A stretch of DNA of 64,000 nucleotides, from contig NW_026889753.1 in assembly GCF_033153115.1 (NCBI RefSeq), positions 9,920,001 through 9,984,000 on the forward strand, written 5' to 3'. Numbering within the stretch: position 1 is the first letter of the stretch; every line of letters begins with the position of its first letter. This stretch comes from Saccostrea echinata. Its lineage: Eukaryota. Positions 11,017 through 24,306 of this stretch are shown piece by piece. The translations under genes were made by a program, and so were the position numbers. The notes below the pieces were generated by a model, which was given only the letters and a program-made list of their open reading frames with translations, was not told the DNA's origin and did no database searches.

Positions 11017-12603
11017 GGTTAAATGATTATCTTACTAGTCGATCACAACAGCTTAAAATAAAATCATCAAGTTCTTCAGTGGGAAGAACCAAAGCAAGAG
11101 TTCCCCAGGGTTCTGTTCTTGGACCTTTACTTTTTCTAGTTTATATAAATGATCTGCCATGTGGACTCTTGGGTCTCTCTAGACTATTTGCAGATGACAC
11201 ATCTGTGTCAAACTCCTCTAAAAACTTGCAGGACTTAGAAAGATTTACTAATTATGATTTAGAAAAAATTAACGAATGGTCAAAAAACTGGCTTGTAAAA
11301 TTTAATCCTGATAAGACTAAAATATTAATATTTGGTTGTCAAGAAGATGAAGTATCCAATCTACGGTTCAAGTTTGACAATCAAGAAATAGTTCCATCTT
11401 CTACTCACTGTCATCTTGGACTTACGTTTTCAAATTCTGGCAAATGGACAAATCACATCGATAACATTATTAAAAAGACTTCAAAAGAAATTGCTGTTCT
11501 TCGTAAATTAAAATTATCATTGAATCGTGATTTTTTTAACTAAGATGTATATTACATTTATTAGGCCACTATTTGAATATGCATCAGAAGTATGGGATAA
11601 CATTTCCGCAGCTGACTGTGATAGGCTGGAGAAATTACAATTAGAAGCTGCGCGTATTGTCACTGGTCTCCCTATTTATGCTCCTCGTAAGTCTCTGTAT
11701 TTCGAAACAGGATGGGAAACACTTGCTTATAGACGAGAAAAGAGAAAATTATGTTTAATGAATAAAATAAAATATGGCCTCGCGCCAGACTATTTATTAA
11801 ATCTATTACTTCCTGATGTCTCATAAACTACCCATTATGATTTACGTAATCGCAATAATATTTCTATTCCCCAATGTAAAACAAACTTATTAAAAAATTC
11901 GTTCATTCCATCTACAATATCAGTATGGAATGCTTTACCTACAGAGATTAGAAACCTTGATACTGTAAATGCTTTCAAAAAAAAGACTCTTTGAAGGTGA
12001 ATCTCCCCAAAAGTATTTTTCTTATGGTGATAAAAAAACAAACTCAATTTTAACAAGAATGAGACACAATGTAAGCATCCTTAAGTCAGATTTATTTAAG
12101 GTTAGGCTTTCAGATAACACTCAGTGTTCTTGTGGACATATTAATGAAAACACTGAACACTTCTTCCTGTACTGTAAAAATTATGCTGAAATTAGAACAG
12201 AATTATTTCACACCGTATAAAATAACAAAGGAGCAATAGACCTTGACATAATTCTATTTGGAGACCCAAATTTGGGTCAACAAAATAATATCAACATTGT
12301 TAAAGCCGTACATAAATATATTAAAAAATCGAAAAGATTTTTATGAATAACCAGCGTAACCATTCTGTATCTTTTACAACCCCTCCTTCTTTCTTCGATT
12401 CTCTCTTTGCACTCCCATTCCCTTCCTTTCTTATTTCTCTGCACCCTTTTCTTTCTTCTTTATTTTTTTGTATTGTATATTTGTTGCTTGTACATCACGT
12501 GTATATAATTTTATTTTGTTTGTGTTGGAGAGGACAATCTAAGTTGGTATAACTTGTGTCCAATCCCATTGATTGTGTTCAATAAAATATGTTTAAATAA
12601 AAA
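11017..12603 (+). mobile_element. 5'-truncated CR1/L2-group LINE (RT C-terminal part and 3' UTR)
   Basis: VPQGSVLGPLLFLVYINDL and LFADD motifs, frameshifted downstream ORFs, AATAAA plus A-rich tail. 11 bp TSD TTCTCTGTCAT at 11006-11016 and 12604-12614. Confidence 0.9.
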
Positions 12604-12767
12604 TTCTCTGTCATAAGCACATCTAGTGATACGATTGTGGTATGTAAGAGAATCATTGCTCCTGCGCAAAGCTAAGGTATAATCTAGCACGGCCATACGT
12701 TTAATAGATTAGTTATCTGGGCTTGCGGGGACGTGAAACCCTCTTCCTTACTACACAACAAAGAATC

Positions 12768-14467
12768 ATGCTTTTTAGAATCCTCTTTGGAATTGCATTG
12801 GCAGTGTCAGCTGCTTTTATTTCAAAAATGATGTAAGTATAATATATATAAGATTTTTCTTTATTTTTGTACAAATATTCTCATAATATCTCTCCAAATC
12901 ATTACGGTGTTGAGCAGCACAGTAGCAGTATATAAGTGTATCTTACTTCATTTTAATAATGAACATTTTCGGAATCTCAGACACCCGACAACCCGGCAGT
13001 CCGGACTTCGGACTTTTGACTTAAGGGAACGTGTCAAATAGTAATTTGAATTATACGTATATATTTTATTGAACTCGATAATCACATTTCGTTCTTATTT
13101 GTATGAGTTATACATTGTGTACACAAATACTTAGGAAGGGGGCAGGCGGCGTGTCTCCACTTTTCGGAGAATACTTTTTTGATCCCTTTCCCGAAAGCTT
13201 GTTTCATTTTACAAATTAATAACACCAAATTCCGAACGACAAATAGATAAACAGAAATCTCCAGAAGCAAAGAAAATTTTATAAACTTGTGTATCTTTAT
13301 ATTAATAATTGTATGACCATGATGACACTGAGCGCACAATCTGTAAACTGAAAATAGAATAAAATTTTGTCAAAGCAGTTTATGGCGTCACTCGAGAAAA
13401 AAGATTATGTAATATTGTTTCAGAAATTGTTTGTAGACATACAAAAAGTTCCTTGTCAGAGTAAACAGAGCATGCTACAACATTACCGGTGTAATTATGT
13501 ACAACATACCACCAGTACAACTCTTTTCATACTCGACGTATTAGGCGCAGAGAAGAAAACCTAAGCATAAGGCTTTAAAATGACACCCGATTTTACATCT
13601 CTAATGCACAATCACGTTCCCTCCTAAACATAATATATCAACTCAATATTATATTCTCATTGGAAAAGCCAGCTACATTATAGGGAGATCTGGTATCTGT
13701 GGCCACCTTGAGGCTTCCAGTGGGTACAGGGAAGAGCCTTGGTGGGGTCCAGAAATTATAAGCTTCTAGATTCTGGGAATTTGAGAGACAGACTTTTTAA
13801 TACAAAACGCATTAATTTGAATGGTGTTTTTGTAATAAAGATTTTGTATTTATATCATGACCAAGATAATAATTATGGAAGAAATTATATGAACACTATG
13901 TATTAATGTCATATGTATGCATACGAGTTCATGTTCAACAAAGAAATTACTTAATTTACATATACTAAAATTATTTAATATTTTGCACTTAATATGTCTC
14001 AATTTTTTTTATATCATCTTTAAAAGATGAAGGGGAATCTTTAATAATTGTTTCTTTTCATTTTGAGATTAAAATCGACGAGTAGAATCAACCCGAGCAA
14101 TATACGAGTACATTTGTATTTTTTAAATCGAATTTGGCATTTTTTATGCGTAGTTCTTGAGGAAGCCAAATATAAATTATAGCATATATGAAAACGTTTT
14201 ATCAATATTTTGTTGTTGATGTATCCTATTTATTATTAAAAAAAAAAAAGAAGAAAAGGTTAGTTTCTATATCATTTTAAATGAACCTAAGTCTAAAAAG
14301 TGTTGAAAAAAAAAAGTTTTCCATATGTACTCGAAAAAAACCCCGAAATTTTTGAACGACTTCATAATACAGAACAAGTTCTTGATAATTCTTAAAATAT
14401 CGTTTATATGGATATGTCTACATACCTCTCGCTTTTCACCTATTTTAACTTTTTACATTGCTTATCT

Positions 14468-14501
<34 letters not shown>

Positions 14502-17500
14502 AAAATCAAATGATAGGGTGCGTTACAAGCCCCATATCCCCCTTTTGGATCCGCAACTGAAATATCATGCATAGATACATATTAATTATTTTCAATTCAT
14601 GCAGTGATTTGTTTGTGAGATTCACTATATCGATTTTTTAAAATTTTTTTATTAATCTTGGTAATGATGATGTATTTTATTGTTGTCTTCATTCATTTCT
14701 AACAGATATCAGAGATTCTCAGTACAGCAAACATGCTGTGTGTGAAAACGTTTCTATACTCTCCCCAAAAGTTAGCTTTGGTTTTCAAGTCCTCTGTCAG
14801 TAGTACGATGTCAGGTGTCTGATATTCCGAAAATGTTCAATACCATTTACAATCTAAGAGGACTTTGCAAATAACTTTACGGTTAACCGTGTAAATATTG
14901 CATGCACAATAGACTCAATTATGCCATACGATTTCTTTTAGTATTAAGTACTTACCAGTACATTCTGTTTTTTGATTTTTCCCAGCTTGTTCATGGACTA
15001 TCACAAAACCCTGTGGAATCATAGACCAGGGAAATGTCATATTGTGGAAGGGATAGGTATCAGAAAAGATGATTGACACACTCAATCTTATATAAGAGCA
15101 TTCATTAAAGCAAACACTGTAGGCATTGTACTTTCTTGATTAACATTTTTTCTATATAATATACTGTAGAATCTTTATATCCATTCTACATAAGTCTTTT
15201 GAGCATGTTTTTGTGCTTACAGAGTATGGTTCTGAGGATATGCAGACCATAAAGTCTGGATTAACCTTCATCACCTCTGTAAGTTTCATTCGAATGTGAA
15301 ACAAAATTGCTATATACATCCTTAATATATATACAATGTAGCTGGGGATTTATTGATTGATTGTATGTTGTTTTACGTCCCATCCCATTCGAGAATTTTT
15401 CTCTCATATAGAGACGTCTCAAATTTAGACCTTTACTGGGCACTCAGGGCTTTTGAGCTGTGAGGGTTCTGTATCGTGCCAACGCCTTCCGTAACACGGG
15501 ACCTCGGTTTTAAGGTCTCATCCGAAAGACCCGGCTGCTACTTTCACTTCTAGTGTCGTTTGCTTGGCGGAGGAACAGTCACTACCTTTGTTTATGTCTT
15601 ATATTTGACGCCAGACAGGGATCGAAAATCGAACCCGGGGTTCCCGATAAAGAGCCCCCTACCACAAGGCTACCGCGACCGGTTTATAGCTGGGGGTATC
15701 TGTCTATCTTTCTCTCTCTCTCTCTCTCTCTATACATATATTTATATATAATTTTTAAAGGGGATAAATGCAGTAGCTTTAGCAGGCCGAGGATATCAGG
15801 AATATTACAAGAAACACAATGTGAGAGGGAGAATTATGTTGTTTAACATGGAGAAACCAGAGGATGGGGTTAAAGAATTGATGATTATTGGAAACAAGTT
15901 CAGTTATGACGACTTCTATCCTCATGGAATCAGTGTGTTAGAGGACAAAGGTAGCTTTAAAAATATGTACATGATAAACCTATGACCAATGCATATATAC
16001 TGATACCTTATAGATATTTATTGTATAAAATATCTATTTACTTATCACATGCATAGATTATCACTGCTTGCCACAGATCAGATTTTAAGGTACTTGTTTA
16101 GATTAGATTTACACATTACTTACACATAGAAAATAATAATAATAATAATAATGATAAATTTTCTGGATGAGATAACTCTAATAATTTACACAGAAAGTTA
16201 ATTAAAGATTTTTGTCCATATGTTTCATTTATTTCATTTTTGTTTTTCTTATTATCTTTTAAACTCATTTTGTAAGAATTATCTTAGTTGAATATGTACT
16301 GAAAATAGCAGCTATCCCTCTACCATACATCAAATATTTAAAAAAAAAATTTTTGTAACTTTACAGATAGGCAGAATACAATTTCGTAATTATCTTCTAA
16401 TCCAAACTTTATTTATTTCTCTGAATTCTGTATTTGCCCATTACTTCAGATAAAGTGTTGCTGTTTGTTGTGGTTCATCGGAATGAACAAGATACAGTGG
16501 AGAAATTTGAATTTCTAGAGAAAACCTTAGAACTGAAGCATCTAAAAACTTACGCAGGAACTTTAGCTCACACGTATGTTTATAAATAACGTTTATCTCA
16601 ACATTATTATTCAATACAGCTCATTGCAATTCACTATAAATAAACGCTCCTGGACTATTTTAGGTTGATCTTGGGTTAATCTGCATTCTGTTTTAGACTC
16701 AATGATGTGGTAGCAACAGGACCAGATACATTTTATACAACAGATTATGCGTATTATCGTGATTCTAGACATACCTTAGAAGTCGTTTTGGGGCTTCACT
16801 TTGGACATATTTTGTTCCACAATGGCAACGATTTTATCATTGCTTCAGAACCAACATATACGGCAAATGGAATTGCTCTCTCCAAGAATGGAAAGTAAGT
16901 GTAGATAGAAACCCTTTTTGAATATTTTTATTTTGTTTTGAAAAGAAAGTGAAGCTCTTGTATTATTTTTTCCTTTAATAGATTCGTGTATGTCGCTAGT
17001 GGTAGTAAAAAAATGATGGTATATAAAAGAGAGTCGAATCACAAACTTACTAAAGTCAATGTAAGTGAAAAAAGTAATCATAACTGTCGTTTTATAAAAC
17101 ATGACGTTTGATCTTTGTTCATACCAACCTTGTTTTTTAATGCAAACATGGCATTTCATGACATGGGTTTATTCATCATATGATTAATTTAGTTGACAAA
17201 ACTTTTACTTAATTCAGTACAATACTAGTAAAATACAGCTAAAAGAGGATAAATTTAGTTTAAAATTTCATTTTACTATGTGTTTAGGAAATTTCACTCC
17301 ATACCGCCCCAGACAACTTAGTGGTGGATCCAAAAACTGGAGATGTCTTGCTGGGCTGCCACCCAATACTATATAAAACTACTAAGCATCTAAATAACCC
17401 AGATGAACCAGCAGCTTCGCAGGTAAGACGTGGCCCTGATCATAATTGAAAATTAATTATCCCACTTTGGTAGAGGGCTCGCTCCGTGATCGGAAGGTCG

Positions 17501-19122
17501 TGGATTCAAACACCGGCTGCGACTGACCTAAGTCGATAAAGTATTGGTAGCAACTGTTCCTTCGCTAGTTGCTCGGAACTTTGAAGTGAAAGTTGCTGGT
17601 CTTTCGGATGAGATTTTAAAAACCGTGATCTTAAGTCACGGCAGGCGTTGGCACAATAAAGATCCCTCACTGCTCAATGGAACTAGGTGCCGAGTAAATG
17701 TGTATATTTGAAGCCCTTCGCCACTATATGGTGACGTCTTTAAATGAGTGAATAATTCTCGAAAGAAACGTAAAACAACATACAATCAATCATTCAATTA
17801 TCCCACCTCTGATGTTTTTAGAGAGCCGTGTTTTCTCTGCTCATAATTTGTATTGTTTCAATGGACTTTGATTACTGTTCTCTTCATACTTCATTCTACA
17901 AGATCTAATGAAATACAGTTGAACTTCGTTATCTCGAACACCGATATCTCGAGAACAAGGAATATGTCGAAGTGATTTAATTTGGCTGTCCCAACCAGTT
18001 TTTTTTCTTCATGTTTTTACAATCGTTATACTGAATCCTCGGATACATCGAAGTTCAGTCTGGGTCCTCTCGAGTTTTGCAATAGGTAATAGTCTACCTA
18101 AGGATTTTTCGATGTACAGCTGTCGTTGAAATTCTTTTCTGTTTAGATAAAATTAATGATAATTTAAAATGTTTCTACATATAAATAGATTTTCTCAAGA
18201 ATCATAAAAATATTATAGTTTTTAAAACGCGACCATGAATTTTACTAATATTGACTGTATTGAGGATATACATGTAGTTCTCACATATTTTTATTTCAAA
18301 GTTGCTCAGATTTATTATCAATTTCTAAATATTTGAAAAGAAATACCGAAGAAAAAGTTAAGCATATACTGAAAATGTTAAGTACTTTATAATATTTTTG
18401 CTAGTCTGACGAACTTCCTAGAATTCAAATAGTTACTTCTCCAGCAATTTTACAATTATATGTTTGTTTCTTTATTGCTTCGTGTACCTTCGAGAATTCC
18501 TCACTCATGTTAGTCCGCCACCAAGTGCCGATGGAATTAAACCTGTATTCAGCACTTATGGCTACTGAGCAATAAGGGATCTTTTTCGTGCCATAACTTA
18601 CTGCGACACAGGGCATCGGTTTATTTGGCCTCATCCTACGGATCGTCTCCATTTTATACAATGGATTTGAACCCGAAGGTAGGAAGGATCCATACCTTAT
18701 TCCGCGACCCTAGAACGAAATGCTCTCTTTCTGCGCCAAGGGGACTAGCCTAAAACTTAAGGAATAGTATAAGTGTCTAAGTCTGTTCATTGTTAAGATC
18801 TTTATGTTAGGAAACTCTTTTTTAAATTTCATAAATAGAAGACTCAGCAAAAATTGTCAATTTTTATGGAAAAATCTAAATTAAACTTGAAGCTTAATCT
18901 ATAGGTTTTAAGCATTTATGACTTGTCTCATTGTGAACTTTTTTACTGTAGGTGCTGATGTTACACATGGATAACAGTGGTACTAATATGACAAGTGTAA
19001 CGGAACTGTTCTCAGATGACCTTGAACTATATGCTTCGAGTGTAGCTACATTGTACAAGAATCGTATGTTAATTGGTACAGTGTGTCACAAAATGATGTA
19101 CTGTGAAGTTAATTCATTATAA
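12768..19122 (+). CDS. PON: Serum paraoxonase/arylesterase (PON)-like lactonase, 9 exons, 362 aa, intact
   Basis: Exons 12768-12832, 14986-15056, 15223-15278, 15761-15950, 16450-16573, 16697-16894, 16982-17060, 17288-17422 and 18952-19122. All introns are GT-AG with matching phases. N-terminal hydrophobic anchor; motifs GSED, PHGIS, VVVH, LNDV, ANGI, PDNL, GCHP and IGTV...YC. Confidence 0.93.
12961..14838. mobile_element. ~1.9 kb TIR element in PON intron 1
   Basis: ~30 bp terminal inverted repeats gaacattttcggaatctcagacacccgaca / tgtcaggtgtctgatattccgaaaatgttc. Confidence 0.6.
15348..15686 (-). mobile_element. tRNA-derived SINE (probably Meta-domain type)
   Basis: B-box and (TTGA)n-type tail. 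TSD tagctgggg. Shares its body with the 40353 and 54088 copies. Confidence 0.75.
17466..17795 (+). mobile_element. tRNA-derived SINE
   Basis: TSD aattatcccac; gatccctcactgctcaatgg core; (CAAT)n tail. Confidence 0.75.
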
Positions 19123-21819
19123 AGAATATATTAAAGTCAAACTCTCCTTATGCGTAATTTAGGAAATACATCTAGCTATAGATACCTGTATTCCTATTTG
19201 TCAGTGATAGTTATTTTACACAGAGTTATAGAATGTTAAGTAATAACTGTTTTCTTTATTTAATATTAAAATCTTTATGTAAAGGTGTAAGAATACCTAC
19301 CAGAAAGTGAAAAATAGAAAGGAAATCATTATAGATTTGTATTTTTTTTCTTTTAATTTGTTTTCACAAATATGTGCCGAGCACAACAACTTTGTTGCTA
19401 TTGCACGCAATTTACTTATATAAATCCTGTCTTCATCTGTTTAAGTTAAAAAACAGTAAATACTAGTAACTGAAAGCTTTAAATGTTTCATTTTCATAAT
19501 ATTTCATAAAATGTCTATTATTAATTTTTTCCGGGCCGTAGCTTAAGAAACCTTTGACATTAACATTTTAAACCTGAACAGATGATATTGAGAAAGAGCG
19601 CATGCCTCCAGAATTTTTGACTCATTTATGAAGCTAAAGTCAAACTTTTTCATCGTGTAATCCAGGCCATAACATCAGTTTCCTCTGACTCTAGGACTTC
19701 AAACTTAGAACATGGAAAGATGGCATTCAGACAAGATGCAATATACCAAAATTTCTGATCATGACCTAGACCTATTTCTTTAGTCAAGATCAAATAACGG
19801 AAAATGTCCAATAAGGAAAATGTCTTAACCTGAGAACTCTTTGACATTAAGATTTCCAACTTGCAACTTAAAATGACGATTAAGATAAAATGCTCCAACC
19901 CCAAAAGGTGAATTATAACCTGTAACTACAGAATATAAAACTTTATCATATAGTTACTGGTGTTTTCAGTAATATACAATATTCGACATCAGTATTAAGT
20001 CTATTTGATCTGTCCTTGATATTAACCTTATAATACTTTTGCACACTTCAATGCTCATTTTAAGAAAGCCAAACCTTGAAGTGGAGACACGTTTAAGAGC
20101 CCTCTATACATTGCACACTAAAGAATTCTGATTTTATGGTATTTTTATGCAGATAGAGTTATCTGGCCTTTGATTAAGAATAAAATAAATTGAAATGGAC
20201 AGTTTATTACTTAATTTGTGATCAAATCAAGCATTTATAACATTTTAATAGGCCAAGATGAATAGATTGAACACTTCATTTGCAGGCATTTTGCCGACTT
20301 AAGTAAACGACAATGGTTTCTGTTCATCAGTACTTCATTGTCTTTGAACATTTTTCCTGGGGGTAAGTGCAAGGTACTCTGTTGAAAATGTGAAAGATAA
20401 GCTCATTATTTAAACCTTAACACACTATAATTTTCTCAGTGTCCCAAAAATATTTTCCTCTGGTGTATAGAGGGTCCTTAATAACTATATCCACTAGTTT
20501 TAGATAGATTTCTTTGAAACCTTATTTTTGGAATATTAAAAAAAGTTACGAAAATTTTACTGTTCCTGAGATTGTTCATAGGCATTTATATATAAGTATT
20601 TTTATTTCTTCTACCATTTTTAGAAGATGTTCAAATTGCAATATTATGCCAAAAATGACGTACTTATGGAACATGACACCGTTCCCCCAAAATATATGGT
20701 CCAGATTTAATTATGGAAAGGATTTTAAATTGAGATCAAAGTGACTTTCTTTTGGGTCGTGAAGTTATCCTCTTAACATGCATCAACAGAAAGGACTTGG
20801 TGGTCCACAATTTCACAATGTACATGATATGAATCGGACTTGATATTACTATGTAGAACTATAGGCTTCCAAAATGAGGTCACAATGACTATTTTTTTCA
20901 GAACATACTGTAATCACTAAAATGCAAAATTATGATAATTCTAATTCTCACATCGTGCTAGATAAGAATGGAAACCACCTCACTATGGATAGTTACAGAA
21001 TTCCAAAATAAAGCATCACCTTCCCTCAAAATGCATTAACAAACATGGTGTGATGACTCTACGTCTTATACTGTGCAAGTTTTGATCCAGACAAGATATT
21101 ACCATAAATGAGCATTAAATTCAAAAATATAATCACTACACCTACATTTGGGTATGCACAAAATCTAGATGCTGCAACAAATACGATTTGATTGTCCTTG
21201 GCTTCTCAGAGAGCAAGATATTACCAGGTCATGATTTAACCACTTATAGCCAAAACATTCATAAATTATTTTTGGCGACCTACAGTTGTACTTCTGGAGT
21301 CAACACATCATCCTCTCAACAAGCATCAACTTACCAGGTTGGCTGCTTGATCTAGACCTCAAAGTATTCAAGATATAATCAGGACACGATTTGACCATGT
21401 CTATAGCTATCAAATCCCAAAATGAGGTCACTGTGATTTACTGTGGGTTTTGATAAACTTCCCTTACCCTTACCCTAACATGCATCAACTGAAAAGGTTT
21501 AATGAACCAAGGACTCGCAGTATGCAAGGTATAATGATTTGTTTATTGATGGCCAAAAAATTAAAAAAAATCCACTATGAGGTCACGGTCACAGCGATAC
21601 TGGGATTGAAACACATGTACATCTTTCCCCACGATGCATCAATTGACCATTTTTGATGACTCGATTTAGGCCTCATGATGTGTAAGTTGTGATCTACACA
21701 TGATTTGATTATGTAAAAGTCCAAAAGGAGGACACCACGACTTACTTTTGGGTTACGACACACCTTCCAACCAATATGTATCAACAGAAAAAGTTTAATG
21801 GTCGTAGTCCACATAATTT

Positions 21820-22560
21820 AAATGATGAAATATGGAGATAACGAACAATAAGCAAGCTCAAAAGTCCATTGAAACAATACCAATCGGGAAAACACTGACC
21901 TTTAAAAACATCAGAGGTGGGATCGAGTGCCATGGAGGAGTGAGCATCGCCTGTTGACCGGTCGCACTCGCCGTGTGCTCCTTATCATGATCGAGCAAAC
22001 TGAAAAATCCATGGGCAATTCAGTTTGTAAATAATGGCCTAACAATTGAAAAACGTCATTCAACATTCGACATAATGATAAATCATTGTATTTGCTGACA
22101 AGGTCATTGTGTCGACCATAGAACTTACGAAATGATGACTTTAAACGTGACTGTTGATAGCCTTGTTTCATCGCCTCGTTTTAGAAATTGTTCGTGCCCA
22201 TAGCATGCTCTTGCGTATCGAATCAACTGGGAGACATAAACTCCATGTGCAGGTGATAAGATAAATTCCGCTTCATATGAATACAAAAATATGTCCGCTA
22301 ATTAATAAGGGGGCGCAATTGGTACCCATGCAAATTCTAAGATTGTTGGAAGACTTTGTCTCCAAAAACTACAAAGATATTGACAATCAGAAACTCAAGC
22401 ATCTTTTTAATGTCAACTTCAAAGTACTTGTGTGTACAATCAGAATGTTTTTAACAAAAAAAAAATTGCAAATGACCATTGACAAGGTAAGTAAATTTAC
22501 GAGTTCTATTTTTATTGAAAAAGCCGCTGTCTATGATATCAAAAAGCCTGGACTTTAATT
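21820..22560 (-). mobile_element. Penelope-like retroelement 3' fragment
   Basis: The minus strand encodes PAHGVYVSQLIRYARAC and LKSSFRKFYGRH, followed by a 3' UTR also present at ~55555-55745. Confidence 0.7.
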
Positions 22561-23048
22561 TATCGTGGATATAACCTAGGCATGAATAAAAGCTAACAGA
22601 CGGACACTCAAACTGTTAAGCCATGTCAAAAAGTTCAAGTAAATAAATATAAAACAAGCTGAAACTGATAACAGAAAATGTCGATGCTTGAAATGAATGT
22701 GAATATTGAACGGTGCGTTAAGACCGCGGATCATTAACTGGCAAAACTGGAAATATGCAGCTTACGTCATTTCAATCTGTTACAGTCAAAACATTTAATG
22801 ATTAGACAATGAAATGGGCGGTGTAAACTCCTCCTAAGCAGCAGATCCCACCTCTGTTTTCGTAGAGGCCCTGTTCACTTTGCTTATATATGAACTTTTG
22901 AGAATGATCACTGCTCATTCACATTTCATAAAAATCATAAGCTTGAAACATGTGAGGAAATTGTCTGGATCATTTCTTAAAGGTAAAAAGATTGATACTC
23001 ATTAAACCATTATGGCCCATGGGCCTCATAAATTGAGTGAAATGCAAG

Positions 23049-23393
23049 TATTGGACTTTTGCGAGGAGCGCCGACTTTTACAGTTGACGGCTTACTTTTA
23101 CACTAGGACAATGAACGGAAGCTCTTCTACGATATAAATATTTAGGTCAACATTTAATTAAACGAAAATACGGGTTATTTCAAAGCACAAATAAATTGCC
23201 CTTGAAGAAAACGACAAACACCCTACCCTTAACTTCCGGCCTTCACATGTTAGTGCCCCTAACACCATATCTATGACCACTAGAAATATTTTCCCATCTA
23301 TTATCAATTCTGTACCTCCATACATGATACAGGTTTAAATGTCAAAGTAAACAGTCAACTGTAAAAGTCAGTTCTTTTCGCAAAAGTCCAATA
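23049..23393. mobile_element. MITE with ~40 bp TIRs
   Basis: tattggacttttgcga...ttttacagttgac / gtcaactgtaaaag...tcgcaaaagtccaata. Confidence 0.7.
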
Positions 23394-24306
23394 TTAGAAG
23401 ATATATACTTTTAAACTCAAGAGTTGTACATTACTTCAACCATTTTCACATAGGAATCATACATGGAATTACATGTACCACTGTATATGTTTCTTAAAAT
23501 TAGAACAAACACTTGTTTGTTGATTTAGGACCACTTTATTTTTCAATGAATATTAATGTGCATATGAATAAGTAAAAACTGACTTTTACAATCCCTGATT
23601 TTCATTAAGCATTCCTCTCCCCAATAACTACAAAATACTGAAAACAAAATTCAATTCCATATGTAATTTACACCTAAATACAAACACAATTTTTCAATGG
23701 CTGACAAAAGTTGAAATATAAGCAGACTTTCTTTTCTCAAAATTCACTATATTATTTTTGTATATGGCACAGATATAAAGTTCTAATATATATATTTTAA
23801 AAATAAAGGTATAATCATGCACGAAAAACAACCATTACAAGAATTTGATTTATTGTCTGCTAGAATTACAATCTCATAACCTGGTAATCTTTACCATATA
23901 ATGTAGGTTATTATTCCCTATCTTTTTACTAAAAGCAGGACCATTTCTTTTCATTAAAAAACTTTGCCAAACACAGAAACATAAAAATGAACAGACATGA
24001 AACCCTTCACCTTCTTTAAATGTATTGTCCATCAATATCAATCACAACAATATTTCAAAACACAGATATCTTCTGTGATATGGAAAAAATTCATAAAAGT
24101 TTGCACTACATGTAATTAGTAAAAACATTAGTATTGCCTAGATCAATTTTACTATGACTTAACAATAATTCATTATGAAAAAAAGTTTTTTTTCTTATTT
24201 TGGTGAATCAAGAAAAAAAAACACTATTCCTTTTCTAACATTTTATTTTTGAGGTCCTGTCCTATCTCCCAGCCTGCTGTTAGTGAAGTCACTAGATGTG
24301 CTCAGA

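Larger units (their letters stand above)
1665..12755 (+). mobile_element. Degenerate full-span Gypsy/Ty3 LTR retrotransposon with nested insertions
   Basis: Two matching LTRs, CAAC TSD (1661-1664 and 12756-12759), PBS at 2700, PPT before 8990, and domain order gag-PR-RT-IN. Confidence 0.95.
8990..12755 (+). repeat. 3' LTR interrupted by a MITE (itself carrying a foldback element) and a LINE
   Basis: TGTAGG...CTACA. Colinear with the 5' LTR once 9362-10518 and 11017-12614 are removed. Confidence 0.9.

Noticed and set aside
10812-11543. 243 aa ORF apparently fusing a hydrophobic N-terminus to RT
   Set aside because: The N-terminal part is T-rich LTR sequence with a TTG start that happens to run in frame into the truncated LINE at the 11017 junction.
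19530-19925. Exon-like minus-strand ORF 19650-19904
   Set aside because: No recognisable domain and stops in the adjacent sequence. Probably a decayed repeat.
21820-22020. Hammerhead ribozyme in the Penelope-like 3' ends
   Set aside because: No CTGANGA...GAAA core with pairing stems was found by eye.
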